A DNA stretch of 55,901 nucleotides from a virus, in IMG/VR virus record IMGVR_UViG_3300014039_000007, positions 1-55,901 of that record. One strand, 5' to 3'. The translations under genes and the position numbers were made by a program. Below are positions 15,655 to 25,711 of the stretch, one piece after another (the stretch's first letter is position 1; each line of letters starts with the position of its first letter). The notes beneath the pieces were generated by a model. That model did not search any database. It was not told the origin of the DNA and saw only the letters and a program-made list of their open reading frames with translations.

Positions 15655-16821
15655 ATGCTTTCTGATTCTAAATTAACAGATTATGCATATATTGTTTCGG
15701 CAAGGTTTGAAGCTGTCAATTCACATTATATCAAACTGATGGCAGAACAGATAAAGGAGATAGGACAGCTGTCTCATTCTAATCTGCATCGCCTGCAACA
15801 GATGATTAAAATGCAACAGAATATTGACACTATTAACTACTTACTTGCACAGGAAACAGGCAGGACACTTGAAGAACTATATCAAATATATGATATGAGT
15901 GGGATGTCCTTATATGGGGATACTTATAATCTATATACTGCCAGAGGCATAGCACAATTGCCATTTGAACAGAATACAAGAATACAACAGTATCTTGAAA
16001 GTATGAAACAGCTTACAGCTAATACCTTTGTTAATCTTTCTACTACAACAGCGTTATATGAGCCTTATAGGCATTTAGTTGATACAGCTATAGATGCTGT
16101 AGTAAGCGGAACAGGTTCGTATGATGAGCTTATAAGGGCACAGCTTACAGACACATCACTTTCTCCACTCGTAAGAAATGCTGATGAGGGATTAAGAATC
16201 ACATACGCAAGCGGACATACAAGACGGTTAGACAGTGCGATACGAATGAATATATTAGACGGCGTGAGGGAGGTTAATAATGGTATTAGAGAACAGGTTG
16301 GAAAAGAATTTGGGGCTGATGGTGTAGAGATTACAGTTCATGCATTATGTGCAAAAGACCACGTAAATATTCAAGGAAAGCAGTTTAGTAACAAAGAATT
16401 TAAAAAGATGAATGATTCGTTGAAACGTAAAATATCTACATGTAATTGTAAACACGCAACATTCCCGATTATCTTAGGTGTATCTAAACCAGCTTATACA
16501 GATGAAGAATTAGCTTCTTATAAGACTAATAGTGAACAGACTGTCACTGTAGATGGCAGAGAAATGACTAAATACGAAGCTACACAGGTGCAGAGAAGAG
16601 TTGAGACAGAAATACGAAAAGTAAAGGATAAATATATTTTCGCTGACACAATGGGAGACACAAAGTCAGCCACCCGTGCTAAAGCAAGAGTTGAAACATT
16701 AAAAAAGCATTATAACAATGTTTCAAGACAGGCGGGATTAACTCCTAAACTTGACAGAGCTTACGTGCAGGGTTACACAGGTAAGCAAGTCAAGCCAAAG
16801 TCAATCAAATTAACTGTGTAA
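15655..16821 (+). CDS. head morphogenesis protein (SPP1 gp7 / Mu F-like)
   Basis: 388 aa, immediately after the portal gene. Confidence 0.65.
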   Translation: MLSDSKLTDYAYIVSARFEAVNSHYIKLMAEQIKEIGQLSHSNLHRLQQMIKMQQNIDTINYLLAQETGRTLEELYQIYDMSGMSLYGDTYNLYTARGIAQLPFEQNTRIQQYLESMKQLTANTFVNLSTTTALYEPYRHLVDTAIDAVVSGTGSYDELIRAQLTDTSLSPLVRNADEGLRITYASGHTRRLDSAIRMNILDGVREVNNGIREQVGKEFGADGVEITVHALCAKDHVNIQGKQFSNKEFKKMNDSLKRKISTCNCKHATFPIILGVSKPAYTDEELASYKTNSEQTVTVDGREMTKYEATQVQRRVETEIRKVKDKYIFADTMGDTKSATRAKARVETLKKHYNNVSRQAGLTPKLDRAYVQGYTGKQVKPKSIKLTV

Positions 16822-17185
16822 TAGCAAATTGTATATACAATTACTCATATAACGGCGAATCAATACACAATATACGATAACTGTATATACAACTAAATAT
16901 TTTGTTGATGAATTAAGTATACAGTATTTAATATTGTATACTTAATTATTTTATAGGGCACTGAATTATATACACAATAATGCTTAATTGTTGCTATTAT
17001 ATATACAATTCCAGCTTATTGTGAATGTAACTAAGCTTTATATAAAAATAATGTATATAATTTAACAATAAATTGTCTTTATGTCTTTACAATTTATCAA
17101 ATTGTGTGTATAATAATTAATGTAAATAATCCCTATTGCGGAAAGCGCAATTAAAAAATATTTTAGATTAAAGGAGTTAGCAAAT
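16822..17185. promoter_or_regulatory. 364-bp non-coding region with an array of TGTATATACA-type palindromic boxes
   Basis: Boxes at 16827-42 (perfect 16-bp palindrome), 16882-91, 16913-23/16935-45 (11-bp inverted repeat), 16966-78, 17000-10 and 17052-60. Confidence 0.6.
17086..17114 (+). promoter_or_regulatory. promoter of the scaffold/capsid operon (TTTACA-17-TATAAT, TGTG-extended)
   Basis: TTTACA 17086-91, TATAAT 17109-14. ATTGCG-GAAAG-CGCAAT hairpin in the leader. Confidence 0.55.
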
Positions 17186-17818
17186 ATGGAAAACATTTAC
17201 GAAATCTTAAAATCATTTGGAATTAGTGTTTCAGAGGACAAGAAAGCCGAGTTTGACAGACTGTTTAACGAAAATTATAAGACGCAAGCAGAAGTCAACA
17301 ACCTGAAAGGTAAGTTAGCAAACGTTGAAGAGGAAAGAGATAACCTGCAATCAAAGTATGACACAGACATTGCACAGCGTGACGTAGATTTGAATGACCT
17401 GAAACAGAAACTTGCTGATGCTGGTACTGACGCCGAGACTTTGAAGAATCTACAGAGTGAGTTTGACACGTTGCAGACTAGTTACACTAATGCTCAAGAA
17501 GATTATAAGAAAGCCCTTGACAAGCAGGCTTATGAGTTTGCTATTAAGGAAAAGACCAATAGCTTACAGTTCACAAGTGCGTCAGCCAAGAAAGCATTTT
17601 TAAATGACGCTTTAGCAAAGAATCTTACTATGGATAAGGGCAATATATTAGGATTTGATGATTTCGTAAGCGCCTATAAGGAACAGGACGCTGGCGCATT
17701 TGTTGATGAACCACAAGATAACACGGAACGTCCTAAATTCAGTTCAAAGTCAAATAAGAGCGATGAACGAAAGGACACGAAGACAAAAGAAGTTAAAGAA
17801 AGACCATTAATTTGGTAA
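17186..17818 (+). CDS. scaffolding protein
   Basis: Charged coiled-coil composition. Directly upstream of the major capsid gene. Confidence 0.65.
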   Translation: MENIYEILKSFGISVSEDKKAEFDRLFNENYKTQAEVNNLKGKLANVEEERDNLQSKYDTDIAQRDVDLNDLKQKLADAGTDAETLKNLQSEFDTLQTSYTNAQEDYKKALDKQAYEFAIKEKTNSLQFTSASAKKAFLNDALAKNLTMDKGNILGFDDFVSAYKEQDAGAFVDEPQDNTERPKFSSKSNKSDERKDTKTKEVKERPLIW

Positions 17819-17838
17819 TTTAGAAAGGAGATTATAAA

Positions 17839-18954
17839 ATGCCAAGAATCACATCACTTGAAGTACTGCTTGACCCGGAGGGCAAGATGTTCTTAGCCGA
17901 AGCTTATGATGGAGTTATTGAAAATGTACAGAAAGCTACAATCTCAGGACAGTTAAAGAACACAGATTTATCTGGAGACCCAACAGCAGGCACAGTGGAA
18001 GCGAAGAGATTCGTTAATGCTAAGTCTAATGCTTATGGTACAGCCAGAGGAAAGGGTAAGGGTGAGCTTGTAAAAGGTAAGCCAGTAACAATTCCTATTG
18101 ATACAGACCGAGAGTTTATTGAAGAAGTTGAGCAGAAGGATGTATCTCTTTTAGGTGTTGATGGGCTTATTACAAGAAGAAGTGCTAATCACGCAATGCA
18201 GATGGCTAATGAGCTTGATAGAGCCTTCTTTGCAGAGTGTGTTGCTAGTGGTACACAGTTCACACCATCCACAGAAGCAACAGCAATTCAGGATATTATC
18301 GAAGAGGCTATTGTAAACCTTGAGACACTCAAGAATGATTATATTGACGGTATTCCAAGAAATATGTTATCTGTACAGGTTACCCCAGCCGTATACAGCA
18401 AGATGCGTAAATATCTTGATGAGATTGTTCATAATGCTAATGTTAATACAGCGGCAGAAGAGTTTATAACATTTCATGGCGTTAGATTTATGTCAACAAT
18501 TAATATGCCCGATAAGGTAGAATTCATCGTGCAGGTTGATGGCTCTGTAGCACAGCCGGTAAGAAGTCAGACATATTCAGCTGAAAAGATTCCTATGTCT
18601 GAAGCTTATGCAATCGAATTATTCTTCTACTATGGTACTAAGGCGGTCACACCAGAAACTATTCTTTTCTATGCCCCGGATGGAACCATGACAGTTAAGT
18701 CAAAAACAGGTACGGCACAGGGTAAAACTATAATCACAGTTTCACCGGAAAAAGCAAGTGCTAATTCATATTCTTATAAGACTGCAAAGTCTGTAGCACT
18801 TCCAGATAAGGGCAGTACAGTAACTGGATATTCAACATGGGATGGTTCAGCAGAAATCGAAGCTACCACTAACAATGATATAGTGGTCGTTGAACTTGAC
18901 ACCAACAGCAAGGTAGTAAGGGCAGGGAAAACAAAAGTGACATCAATGGCTTAA
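17839..18954 (+). CDS. major capsid protein with C-terminal Ig-like extension
   Basis: Gene order. 371 aa. C-terminal ~90 aa is a beta-rich T/S/V/K segment. Confidence 0.75.
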   Translation: MPRITSLEVLLDPEGKMFLAEAYDGVIENVQKATISGQLKNTDLSGDPTAGTVEAKRFVNAKSNAYGTARGKGKGELVKGKPVTIPIDTDREFIEEVEQKDVSLLGVDGLITRRSANHAMQMANELDRAFFAECVASGTQFTPSTEATAIQDIIEEAIVNLETLKNDYIDGIPRNMLSVQVTPAVYSKMRKYLDEIVHNANVNTAAEEFITFHGVRFMSTINMPDKVEFIVQVDGSVAQPVRSQTYSAEKIPMSEAYAIELFFYYGTKAVTPETILFYAPDGTMTVKSKTGTAQGKTIITVSPEKASANSYSYKTAKSVALPDKGSTVTGYSTWDGSAEIEATTNNDIVVVELDTNSKVVRAGKTKVTSMA

Positions 18955-19005
18955 CCTGTGGATAATCTGTTGATGTGAAATGATGAAGTAGAGGAGGTAG
19001 TCGTC

Positions 19006-19380
19006 ATGTATTTGACCTATGCAGAATATGAAAAATTGGGAGGTACGAAAGATGTGGCTACCTTTGAACTTCAAGAATCGGAAATAGAAGCTAAATTAAA
19101 CTATCTTACGTTTGGCAGGATTAAAGATTTAGCAGAAATTCCAATTGCTGTAAAGTTGTTATGTTTCAGACTGCATATTAACTTTTGGGAAAAAATGGAT
19201 ATAGATAAGCCTAACAACCTATCTAGCTATTCCAACGGAATTGAAAGTTTCGGTTATTCAGATACAAGCAGTTCCAACCACTCAAATTTAAACAATCAGA
19301 TAGCAGGTGTTGTAAAGGAGTATCTATGGGAGTACCCACAGTTATTATACAGGGGGGTATCAAAGTGGAAGCACAGTTAA
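19006..19380 (+). CDS. head-tail connector protein
   Basis: MYLTYAEYEKLGG... N-terminus. Position. Confidence 0.5.
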   Translation: MYLTYAEYEKLGGTKDVATFELQESEIEAKLNYLTFGRIKDLAEIPIAVKLLCFRLHINFWEKMDIDKPNNLSSYSNGIESFGYSDTSSSNHSNLNNQIAGVVKEYLWEYPQLLYRGVSKWKHS

Positions 19381-19775
19381 CCACTATCGCAAACAGGCTA
19401 AACAGAACAGACAGTATCACAGGACTTGATGTATGGTATAAGTTTCAGTTAAAAAATATACAATATAGTAAAGAAAGAGTAACAACAGTTAATGGTACAC
19501 AAGTAAGTATGGGTGAATCATTTAACATTTTACTTCCGTTTACAGATAGATACATCCCATATCTACAGTGGAAAGATTTATCAAACAAAGATGATTATTA
19601 CACACTGTCGCAAGGGGATTATATTTTTTTAACTGACATAACCGAGGATATTCAGCCTAATACTATAATGCAGATAAAGAACAGATATAAAGGTTATGTG
19701 TGTGAAGTGCGTAGCATTATCGAGGTGCCTAAACGAAACGGAGCCACGATACAGTTGAAAGTGAGTGGTGTTTAA
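19365..19775 (+). CDS. head-tail joining protein
   Basis: GTG 19365 after a GGGGGG RBS, in frame with track ORF 19326. Confidence 0.4.
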   Translation: MEAQLTTIANRLNRTDSITGLDVWYKFQLKNIQYSKERVTTVNGTQVSMGESFNILLPFTDRYIPYLQWKDLSNKDDYYTLSQGDYIFLTDITEDIQPNTIMQIKNRYKGYVCEVRSIIEVPKRNGATIQLKVSGV

Positions 19776-20209
19776 TGAGTGATAGCAAGGTTACCATCAC
19801 GATTAACAGTCCATCCGGTATATTAGACAGAATAATTGATGATGATGTAGGAGCATTCGTAGCAAGCGAATGGTCAAGGTACTTTGCCAAATATACACCT
19901 ATGCAGACAGGAGTGTTATCTCAAAACATAACTATAGAACCATTTCAAGTTACGTACAATTCACCCTATGCGCATTATCAATGGATGGGTAATCTATACG
20001 TTGACCCAATCACACATAAAGGAGCTTTTTATGACCCGGACTATGGATTCTGGAGCAGACCAGGAATTAGTAAAATTCCAACAGACACCTCATTAAGCTA
20101 CAGCACTGAACAGAATCCACTCGCCACAAGTCATTGGGAAGTTCCAGCCTTTGAGGCTTTCAAAGATGATGTTGCACAAGCAGTTACTCAATATTTGAAA
20201 GGGAAATAA
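19775..20209 (+). CDS. head-tail joining / minor capsid protein
   Basis: Position. Coupled start. Confidence 0.4.
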   Translation: MSDSKVTITINSPSGILDRIIDDDVGAFVASEWSRYFAKYTPMQTGVLSQNITIEPFQVTYNSPYAHYQWMGNLYVDPITHKGAFYDPDYGFWSRPGISKIPTDTSLSYSTEQNPLATSHWEVPAFEAFKDDVAQAVTQYLKGK

Positions 20210-20214
20210 TTATT

Positions 20215-20655
20215 ATGAATTTGTATAAAAGTATAAGTGATTGGCTGACTGACAATTACAGTCCTATTATAGGATGGTTATATTTTAATGCCACACCAAT
20301 GATTACTGGTACGGTTGCAATGAACAGTGTACCCGGAAATCGTGTAGTGAAGAAATTCATAGACGGTAGTATGCAAAAGGAACTTGTGTTTGCGATTGAC
20401 ATGGTGTGTAATTATGACAATCAAGGTACGAGTGACATTAACATGAATGCTATGGACGAAGTTAATAACTTTGCAGATTGGGTTGATAAATTGTCTTCTA
20501 CTGACTATCCGGATTTTGGAGAATATAACATCATAACTAAAATTGAAGTATTAACTAATGTTCCATCACTGTTAGTTAATACAGAACAGCAATTAGGTAA
20601 GTATCAGTTTCAAGTGAAAATAATATATATTGATGAAAGTGAGGTAATTAAATGA
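20215..20655 (+). CDS. tail completion-type structural protein
   Basis: Position. Confidence 0.4.
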   Translation: MNLYKSISDWLTDNYSPIIGWLYFNATPMITGTVAMNSVPGNRVVKKFIDGSMQKELVFAIDMVCNYDNQGTSDINMNAMDEVNNFADWVDKLSSTDYPDFGEYNIITKIEVLTNVPSLLVNTEQQLGKYQFQVKIIYIDESEVIK

Positions 20656-21137
20656 AATTAAACAGAGAGGCTTTAATGCATTATATTGATTCTAAATTTG
20701 GGGCAAGTGGTTCCCCGGCATGGTTTTTAATCGGTAAAGATATTGAGGATATGAGTGTTGAACTTAACCCTGATACCGAAACGACTAAGAATATCTTAGG
20801 TGAAACGACTGTTAAGGATAATGGCTATGAACCCAGTATGTCAGCCGACCCTTACTATGCTAACCCGGATGATGCAATTTATGAAAAAATCCGTGATATC
20901 GCAATGAACAGATTGAAAGGTGATGCGTGTAAAACAACAATCCTTGAAGTAATTATGGAAGACACCGCTGGACCGCACAAGGCTTGGCAGGAGGATGTCA
21001 TTGTGAAACCACAGTCCTATGGTGGAGATACATCTGGTGTGGCTATTCCTTTCGATGTACTGTTTAACGGAAATCGGCAAGAGGGCACCGTTACGATTAC
21101 GAGCGGTGTTCCAACATTTACACCCAAGGAAAGCTAG
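20652..21137 (+). CDS. major tail protein
   Basis: 161 aa. Position upstream of the chaperones and tape measure. Confidence 0.55.
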   Translation: MKLNREALMHYIDSKFGASGSPAWFLIGKDIEDMSVELNPDTETTKNILGETTVKDNGYEPSMSADPYYANPDDAIYEKIRDIAMNRLKGDACKTTILEVIMEDTAGPHKAWQEDVIVKPQSYGGDTSGVAIPFDVLFNGNRQEGTVTITSGVPTFTPKES

Positions 21138-21226
21138 TCAAAAGGCTAGTTTACCAACAAAACACTCATTGCTTAATGTTATGAGTGAGCAGGAAGATTC
21201 AGATTTGAATATGGAGGATGATGATA

Positions 21227-21655
21227 ATGAGTAGTATTAAAATAAATACTGGCGTGAAAACTTATGACCTTGAAGATGAAAATGGCAATGTTCTGGGTCA
21301 GATACATATTAATCCGGGAGATTTAAGTTTGTACGAGAGGGCTAATAAAGCGAGACATAACATACTTGATTATGTATCTAAGCTGGATGATATTAATACA
21401 GATGAATTGTCTGATGAAGCCATGTATTCAATGCTCAATGATTTGGATGTAACTATCCGAAATGAGATTGATAACCTTGTAGGAGCAGGTGTAAGTGACA
21501 TGGTATTTAAGGGAAGTTGCCTAAACACTGTAAATGGAATTACAGCTGTTGAAAATTTCTTAAGTGCAATTATTCCAATTATACAACATGAAGTCAGTGA
21601 AGAAGCTAAGAAGAGTGAGAAGCGCATGTCCAAATATCTTGATGACATAAAGTAA
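21227..21655 (+). CDS. tail assembly chaperone
   Basis: Acidic. Position. ATG 21227 lies 9 nt after GGAGG, in frame with track ORF 21218. Confidence 0.5.
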   Translation: MSSIKINTGVKTYDLEDENGNVLGQIHINPGDLSLYERANKARHNILDYVSKLDDINTDELSDEAMYSMLNDLDVTIRNEIDNLVGAGVSDMVFKGSCLNTVNGITAVENFLSAIIPIIQHEVSEEAKKSEKRMSKYLDDIK

Positions 21656-21669
21656 AGGGGCTGTAATCT

Positions 21670-22239
21670 ATGCGAGAAATGTTACCAACATATTTGATTA
21701 TCAATGATATAAAATGTGAACTTCGCACAGATTATAGATACGGATTAACAGTTATGCACGCTTTTAACGACCCGGAATTGACGGATTTTGAAAAAGTGTA
21801 CATAACTGTTAAAATTTTGTTTAAAAATATTCCGGATGGTGTGGAGTTAAATGAATTATATGAAAAAGCTGTATGGTTTTTAGACTGCGGAAATATCATT
21901 GATGAAAATGCTGATGTCGTGAAACCATCGAAAGCCCTATATGATTGGGAACAAGATGAACAGATGATTTTTTCTGCTATAAATAAAGTAGCAGGCAAAG
22001 AAGTGAGACTTGTTGAATATATGCACTGGTGGACGTTTATTGGACTGTTTAATGAAATAGGCGAAGGTGTGTTTTCAACAATTCTGTCAATACGAAGTAA
22101 AAAACAAAAGGGCAAAAAACTGGATAAATGGGAACGTGAGTATTACAGAAACAATAAATCTAAGATAGATTTACAATCTAACAAAAAACGTAGAAGTGAA
22201 GATGAACAGGACGCTATTAATAAAGCATTAGGTATATAA
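21670..22239 (+). CDS. Gp15-like protein (second chaperone-position gene)
   Basis: Position immediately upstream of the tape measure gene. Confidence 0.45.
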   Translation: MREMLPTYLIINDIKCELRTDYRYGLTVMHAFNDPELTDFEKVYITVKILFKNIPDGVELNELYEKAVWFLDCGNIIDENADVVKPSKALYDWEQDEQMIFSAINKVAGKEVRLVEYMHWWTFIGLFNEIGEGVFSTILSIRSKKQKGKKLDKWEREYYRNNKSKIDLQSNKKRRSEDEQDAINKALGI

Positions 22240-22254
22240 AGTGAGGTGATATAA

Positions 22255-25200
22255 TTGGCAGATGGAAAAGTTGTAATCGAAACAAGTGTTGACACGTCAC
22301 AGGCGGTTAAGGACATAAATAAGTTATCGGATGATATTAAAAAACAAGAAAACAATATACCTGATGTGAAAATAAAGGCTGATAAAGCAACTAAAGAAGT
22401 ATCAGAAGATGTAAAACAATTAATGTCACAAGTTGAAGAAATAATAAGTAATGCAAAAACTGATGTTGACATAAAAGTATCTGATGAAGATTTAAGTACT
22501 GTATCCAACAGAATAAATAAAATTCTTGAAAATACAGAATTATTAACAGCTGAAAAAATCAAGAAAATAAATGCAGAATTTAAGAAGATTGGCATGACTG
22601 GGATAGAACAGCCTACGGCTGTTAAGGCAACAGATAAAGCAACTAAAGAAGTATCAGAAGATGTAAAACAGACTGTTGAAGCAAAAAAACAATTAAATAA
22701 CCAAACAATACAGGCTGTAAATAACACGAAAAATTTACAGCAAGCTACGACAGGAACTTTGCAAGCAAATAAGAGATTGACCAATAACACAATACGGCTT
22801 AACTCTGATTTAAGAGCTACTGGTACTACTGGAAATAAGTCGATGCAACAGATTGCCAAAGGAACAGATTCAGCCTCAAAATCTGTGAGTAATTTACAGT
22901 CATCATTAAAGCGAATTGCAGGACTTCTTTTAGCTGGATTTTCAATACGCTCACTTATTAATTTTGGGAAACAGTCTGTGGAGACGGCATCTGACTTAGT
23001 TGAAGTGCAAAATGTCGTTGATACGGCGTTTGGTTCAATGTCTTCTAAAATGGAAGCATTCGCTCAAACTTCTGTTGACACTTATGGTATATCTAAACTT
23101 TCGGCTAAGAATATAGCTTCAACATATGCCGCTATGGGGCAGGGAATAGGTCAAGGGTTAAATGATTCTACAGATAAAGCACTTGAAATGACTGGAAGAG
23201 TGGCTGATATAGCATCATTCTATAATCTGACACTTGACAAGGTTAATACGATTGGAAGAGCTGTGTATTCCGGGGAAACGGAACCTTTAAAGCAGATTGG
23301 TGTTATAATGACCGAGGCACAGCTTGGAACGTTTGCCCTTTCTAACGGTTATAAAACATTATACAAAAATATGTCTGCGGCAGAAAAACTGGAAGTTAGA
23401 CAGGCTTACTTTTTGTCACAGACAAACCTTGCCGCCGGAGATTTTGTCAGAACACAAGATTCATGGGCTAATCAAACTCGTGTATTAACTGAAAGATGGA
23501 AAGAGTTCATGTCTTTGATGGGAACAGGGCTAATTCAGATGTTACAGCCTGTCGTTAAGATGTTAAACAGTTTGATAAGCGCTGTAACGTCTGCACTTAG
23601 TAAGCTGTATAGTTTCCTGGGTGTGCAGATGCAAGATACATCTGCGAAAGGTATAGCTGACATATCAGATGGGACAGAAGATTTATCGGATAACATCAAC
23701 AATGTAGCGAAGAATACTAAAAAGGCTACCAAAGCGGCAAAACAAAGTATAGCTCCGTTTGATGAACTTGTAATGCTTAATAATGAACTATCCAGCGGGG
23801 ATAAGAAATCAAACAATGCAGGCAAAAGTTCTGTTGTGAATCCTCAGCCATCGAAGATAACAACAAATGTGGATAGTGCAGTCACCAACCTTGATTTACT
23901 TAAGGCAAAGTTTCTAGAAATTAAGGAATTATTTGATACTGGCTTTAAAATAGGATTGGGGGATAATACACAAAACGCTTTCAACGGCATAAAAGATAGT
24001 ATATCAAATATCAAAGCTCAGTTGAATACTATATTCACTGACCCGAAACTAGTTGGTTCAGTAAAGAGCTATGCAGATTCAGTAGTGGTCACGCTTGGTG
24101 CATTAGCTGGTTCTATGACTAGTGTGGGAATCTCACTTGCAACTAATCTATTAGGGGGTTTCAGTAAGTATTTGACTAGTAGCAGTGGTTATATCACTAA
24201 AATGTTCACTTCATTATTTAAAAATTTAACGTCTGCTAACAAAAAGTTGACAAAAACCTATAAGGCTATTGCTGAGATATTTGAAGCATTCGCAAGTGAA
24301 CCAGCCCGACAGCTCACAGGTAATATAATAAGTATCGTGGCGAACACAGCTTTAGGAATAACCACACTTTTGAGTGGTATATATGATTCTTTTATAACAT
24401 TAGTGTCAACACCTATTATTGATAATGCAACCTTGATAAAGACTACGTTAATAGATACGTTTGCATCTCTTAATCCCGCATTAAATGCTTTTAACGTGTA
24501 CATCCAAACAGTATTTAATTCAATAACTGACGTGTTTAACACTAAATTATCTCCCGCAATAAATACCGTTGCCAAAGAGATATCTGGAACAGTGACCACA
24601 ATTGTGACGACTTATAGTCAATACATAGTTCCATTTATAAATGAGCTATCAACTAAATTAAGTACATTCATGAGCAGTACACTAACACCTTTTTCAAAAA
24701 ATGTGATAAAAACTATCGGAGATTTTACTTCTTTATTATCAAAATTTTGGAAAAATGTGCTGTCACCTATATTGAATATGCTAGTGAAAACAGAGATACC
24801 TAAACTTGTGAACACTATAAATGCAATATGGAATATAGTATCAACCGTTATAAAAAATATAGTTACAGCCATAAATAATGTGATTAGCATATTAGATGGT
24901 GTTATCATATTTCTTGAAGGTGTGTTCACCTTAGACATAAAAAAGGTATTTGAAGGAATCAAAACTATATTTAAGGGGTTTATTTCCCTAATTATATCGA
25001 CATTTAAAGGATTAGGCAGTATAATAAAAAGTGTTCTATCGGGTATAGGCAGTATTATATCATACCCATTTAAACAGGCTTGGTCGATAATAAAAGGAAT
25101 ATTCTCATCAGAAACTGTAAAAAATTTCTTTGCAGGCGTTATGAACAGTATTAAGAATGTTTTCAGTCCTATCGCCGAATGGTTTAAAATCACATTTTCC

Positions 25201-25692
25201 ACAGCGTGGGAGAACGTTAAAAAAGTATTTTCAGCCGGGGGAAGAGTGTTCACTGGAATTAAAGATGGGATATTGAACGGATTAAAAGCTATTATTAATG
25301 CTTTAATCAAAGGCATTAACACTGTCATATCTGTGCCATTTAATGGACTGAATAAAGCCCTTAAATCTATACATGATGTTGAGATATTGGGAGTTAAACC
25401 TTTTGATTTTATAGGAACAATTGATACACCTCAAATTCCAATGCTTGCAACAGGAGCTGTGTTACCTGCTAACAAGCCATTTCTTTCGGTTGTTGGAGAC
25501 CAAAAACATGGTACTAACATAGAAGCTCCTTTGGACACAATCAAACAGGCATTGATGGAAGTGATGGCATCAAACACAGTGTCTAATAACCAACCTATCA
25601 CTGTGGAGATTGATGGGCAGGAAGTGTTCAGAGTTGTAAGAAAAGAATATGATGCGTTTAAGACCAAGAACGGTTATCCAGCATTTTCTTAG
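22255..25692 (+). CDS. tail tape measure protein
   Basis: 1145 aa, TTG start after GAGGTG, coiled-coil plus TM-like central segments. Confidence 0.85.
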   Translation: MADGKVVIETSVDTSQAVKDINKLSDDIKKQENNIPDVKIKADKATKEVSEDVKQLMSQVEEIISNAKTDVDIKVSDEDLSTVSNRINKILENTELLTAEKIKKINAEFKKIGMTGIEQPTAVKATDKATKEVSEDVKQTVEAKKQLNNQTIQAVNNTKNLQQATTGTLQANKRLTNNTIRLNSDLRATGTTGNKSMQQIAKGTDSASKSVSNLQSSLKRIAGLLLAGFSIRSLINFGKQSVETASDLVEVQNVVDTAFGSMSSKMEAFAQTSVDTYGISKLSAKNIASTYAAMGQGIGQGLNDSTDKALEMTGRVADIASFYNLTLDKVNTIGRAVYSGETEPLKQIGVIMTEAQLGTFALSNGYKTLYKNMSAAEKLEVRQAYFLSQTNLAAGDFVRTQDSWANQTRVLTERWKEFMSLMGTGLIQMLQPVVKMLNSLISAVTSALSKLYSFLGVQMQDTSAKGIADISDGTEDLSDNINNVAKNTKKATKAAKQSIAPFDELVMLNNELSSGDKKSNNAGKSSVVNPQPSKITTNVDSAVTNLDLLKAKFLEIKELFDTGFKIGLGDNTQNAFNGIKDSISNIKAQLNTIFTDPKLVGSVKSYADSVVVTLGALAGSMTSVGISLATNLLGGFSKYLTSSSGYITKMFTSLFKNLTSANKKLTKTYKAIAEIFEAFASEPARQLTGNIISIVANTALGITTLLSGIYDSFITLVSTPIIDNATLIKTTLIDTFASLNPALNAFNVYIQTVFNSITDVFNTKLSPAINTVAKEISGTVTTIVTTYSQYIVPFINELSTKLSTFMSSTLTPFSKNVIKTIGDFTSLLSKFWKNVLSPILNMLVKTEIPKLVNTINAIWNIVSTVIKNIVTAINNVISILDGVIIFLEGVFTLDIKKVFEGIKTIFKGFISLIISTFKGLGSIIKSVLSGIGSIISYPFKQAWSIIKGIFSSETVKNFFAGVMNSIKNVFSPIAEWFKITFSTAWENVKKVFSAGGRVFTGIKDGILNGLKAIINALIKGINTVISVPFNGLNKALKSIHDVEILGVKPFDFIGTIDTPQIPMLATGAVLPANKPFLSVVGDQKHGTNIEAPLDTIKQALMEVMASNTVSNNQPITVEIDGQEVFRVVRKEYDAFKTKNGYPAFS
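22381..22670 (+). repeat. exact 38-nt direct repeat inside the tape measure gene (22381-22418 and 22633-22670)
   Basis: GATAAAGCAACTAAAGAAGTATCAGAAGATGTAAAACA occurs twice and encodes DKATKEVSEDVKQ. Confidence 0.85.
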
Positions 25693-25711
25693 AAAAGGAG
25701 GTATGTAATAC

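Noticed and set aside
21019-21234. Overlapping + strand ORF at the end of the major tail gene, as a programmed-frameshift extension.
   Set aside because: I saw no slippery heptamer or +1 shift site. The extension would add only about 30 residues of low-information sequence. The region also contains a simple hairpin (21163-21187) and the SD of the next gene.
22143-25667. Long minus-strand ORFs inside the tape measure gene (22143..22859, 23535..23825, 24258..24599, 24618..25328, 25431..25667).
   Set aside because: They are antisense to a 1145-aa gene with clear tape-measure character. They have low-complexity S/I/F/L-rich products and no SD-like start contexts. Every other gene in the genome is on the + strand.
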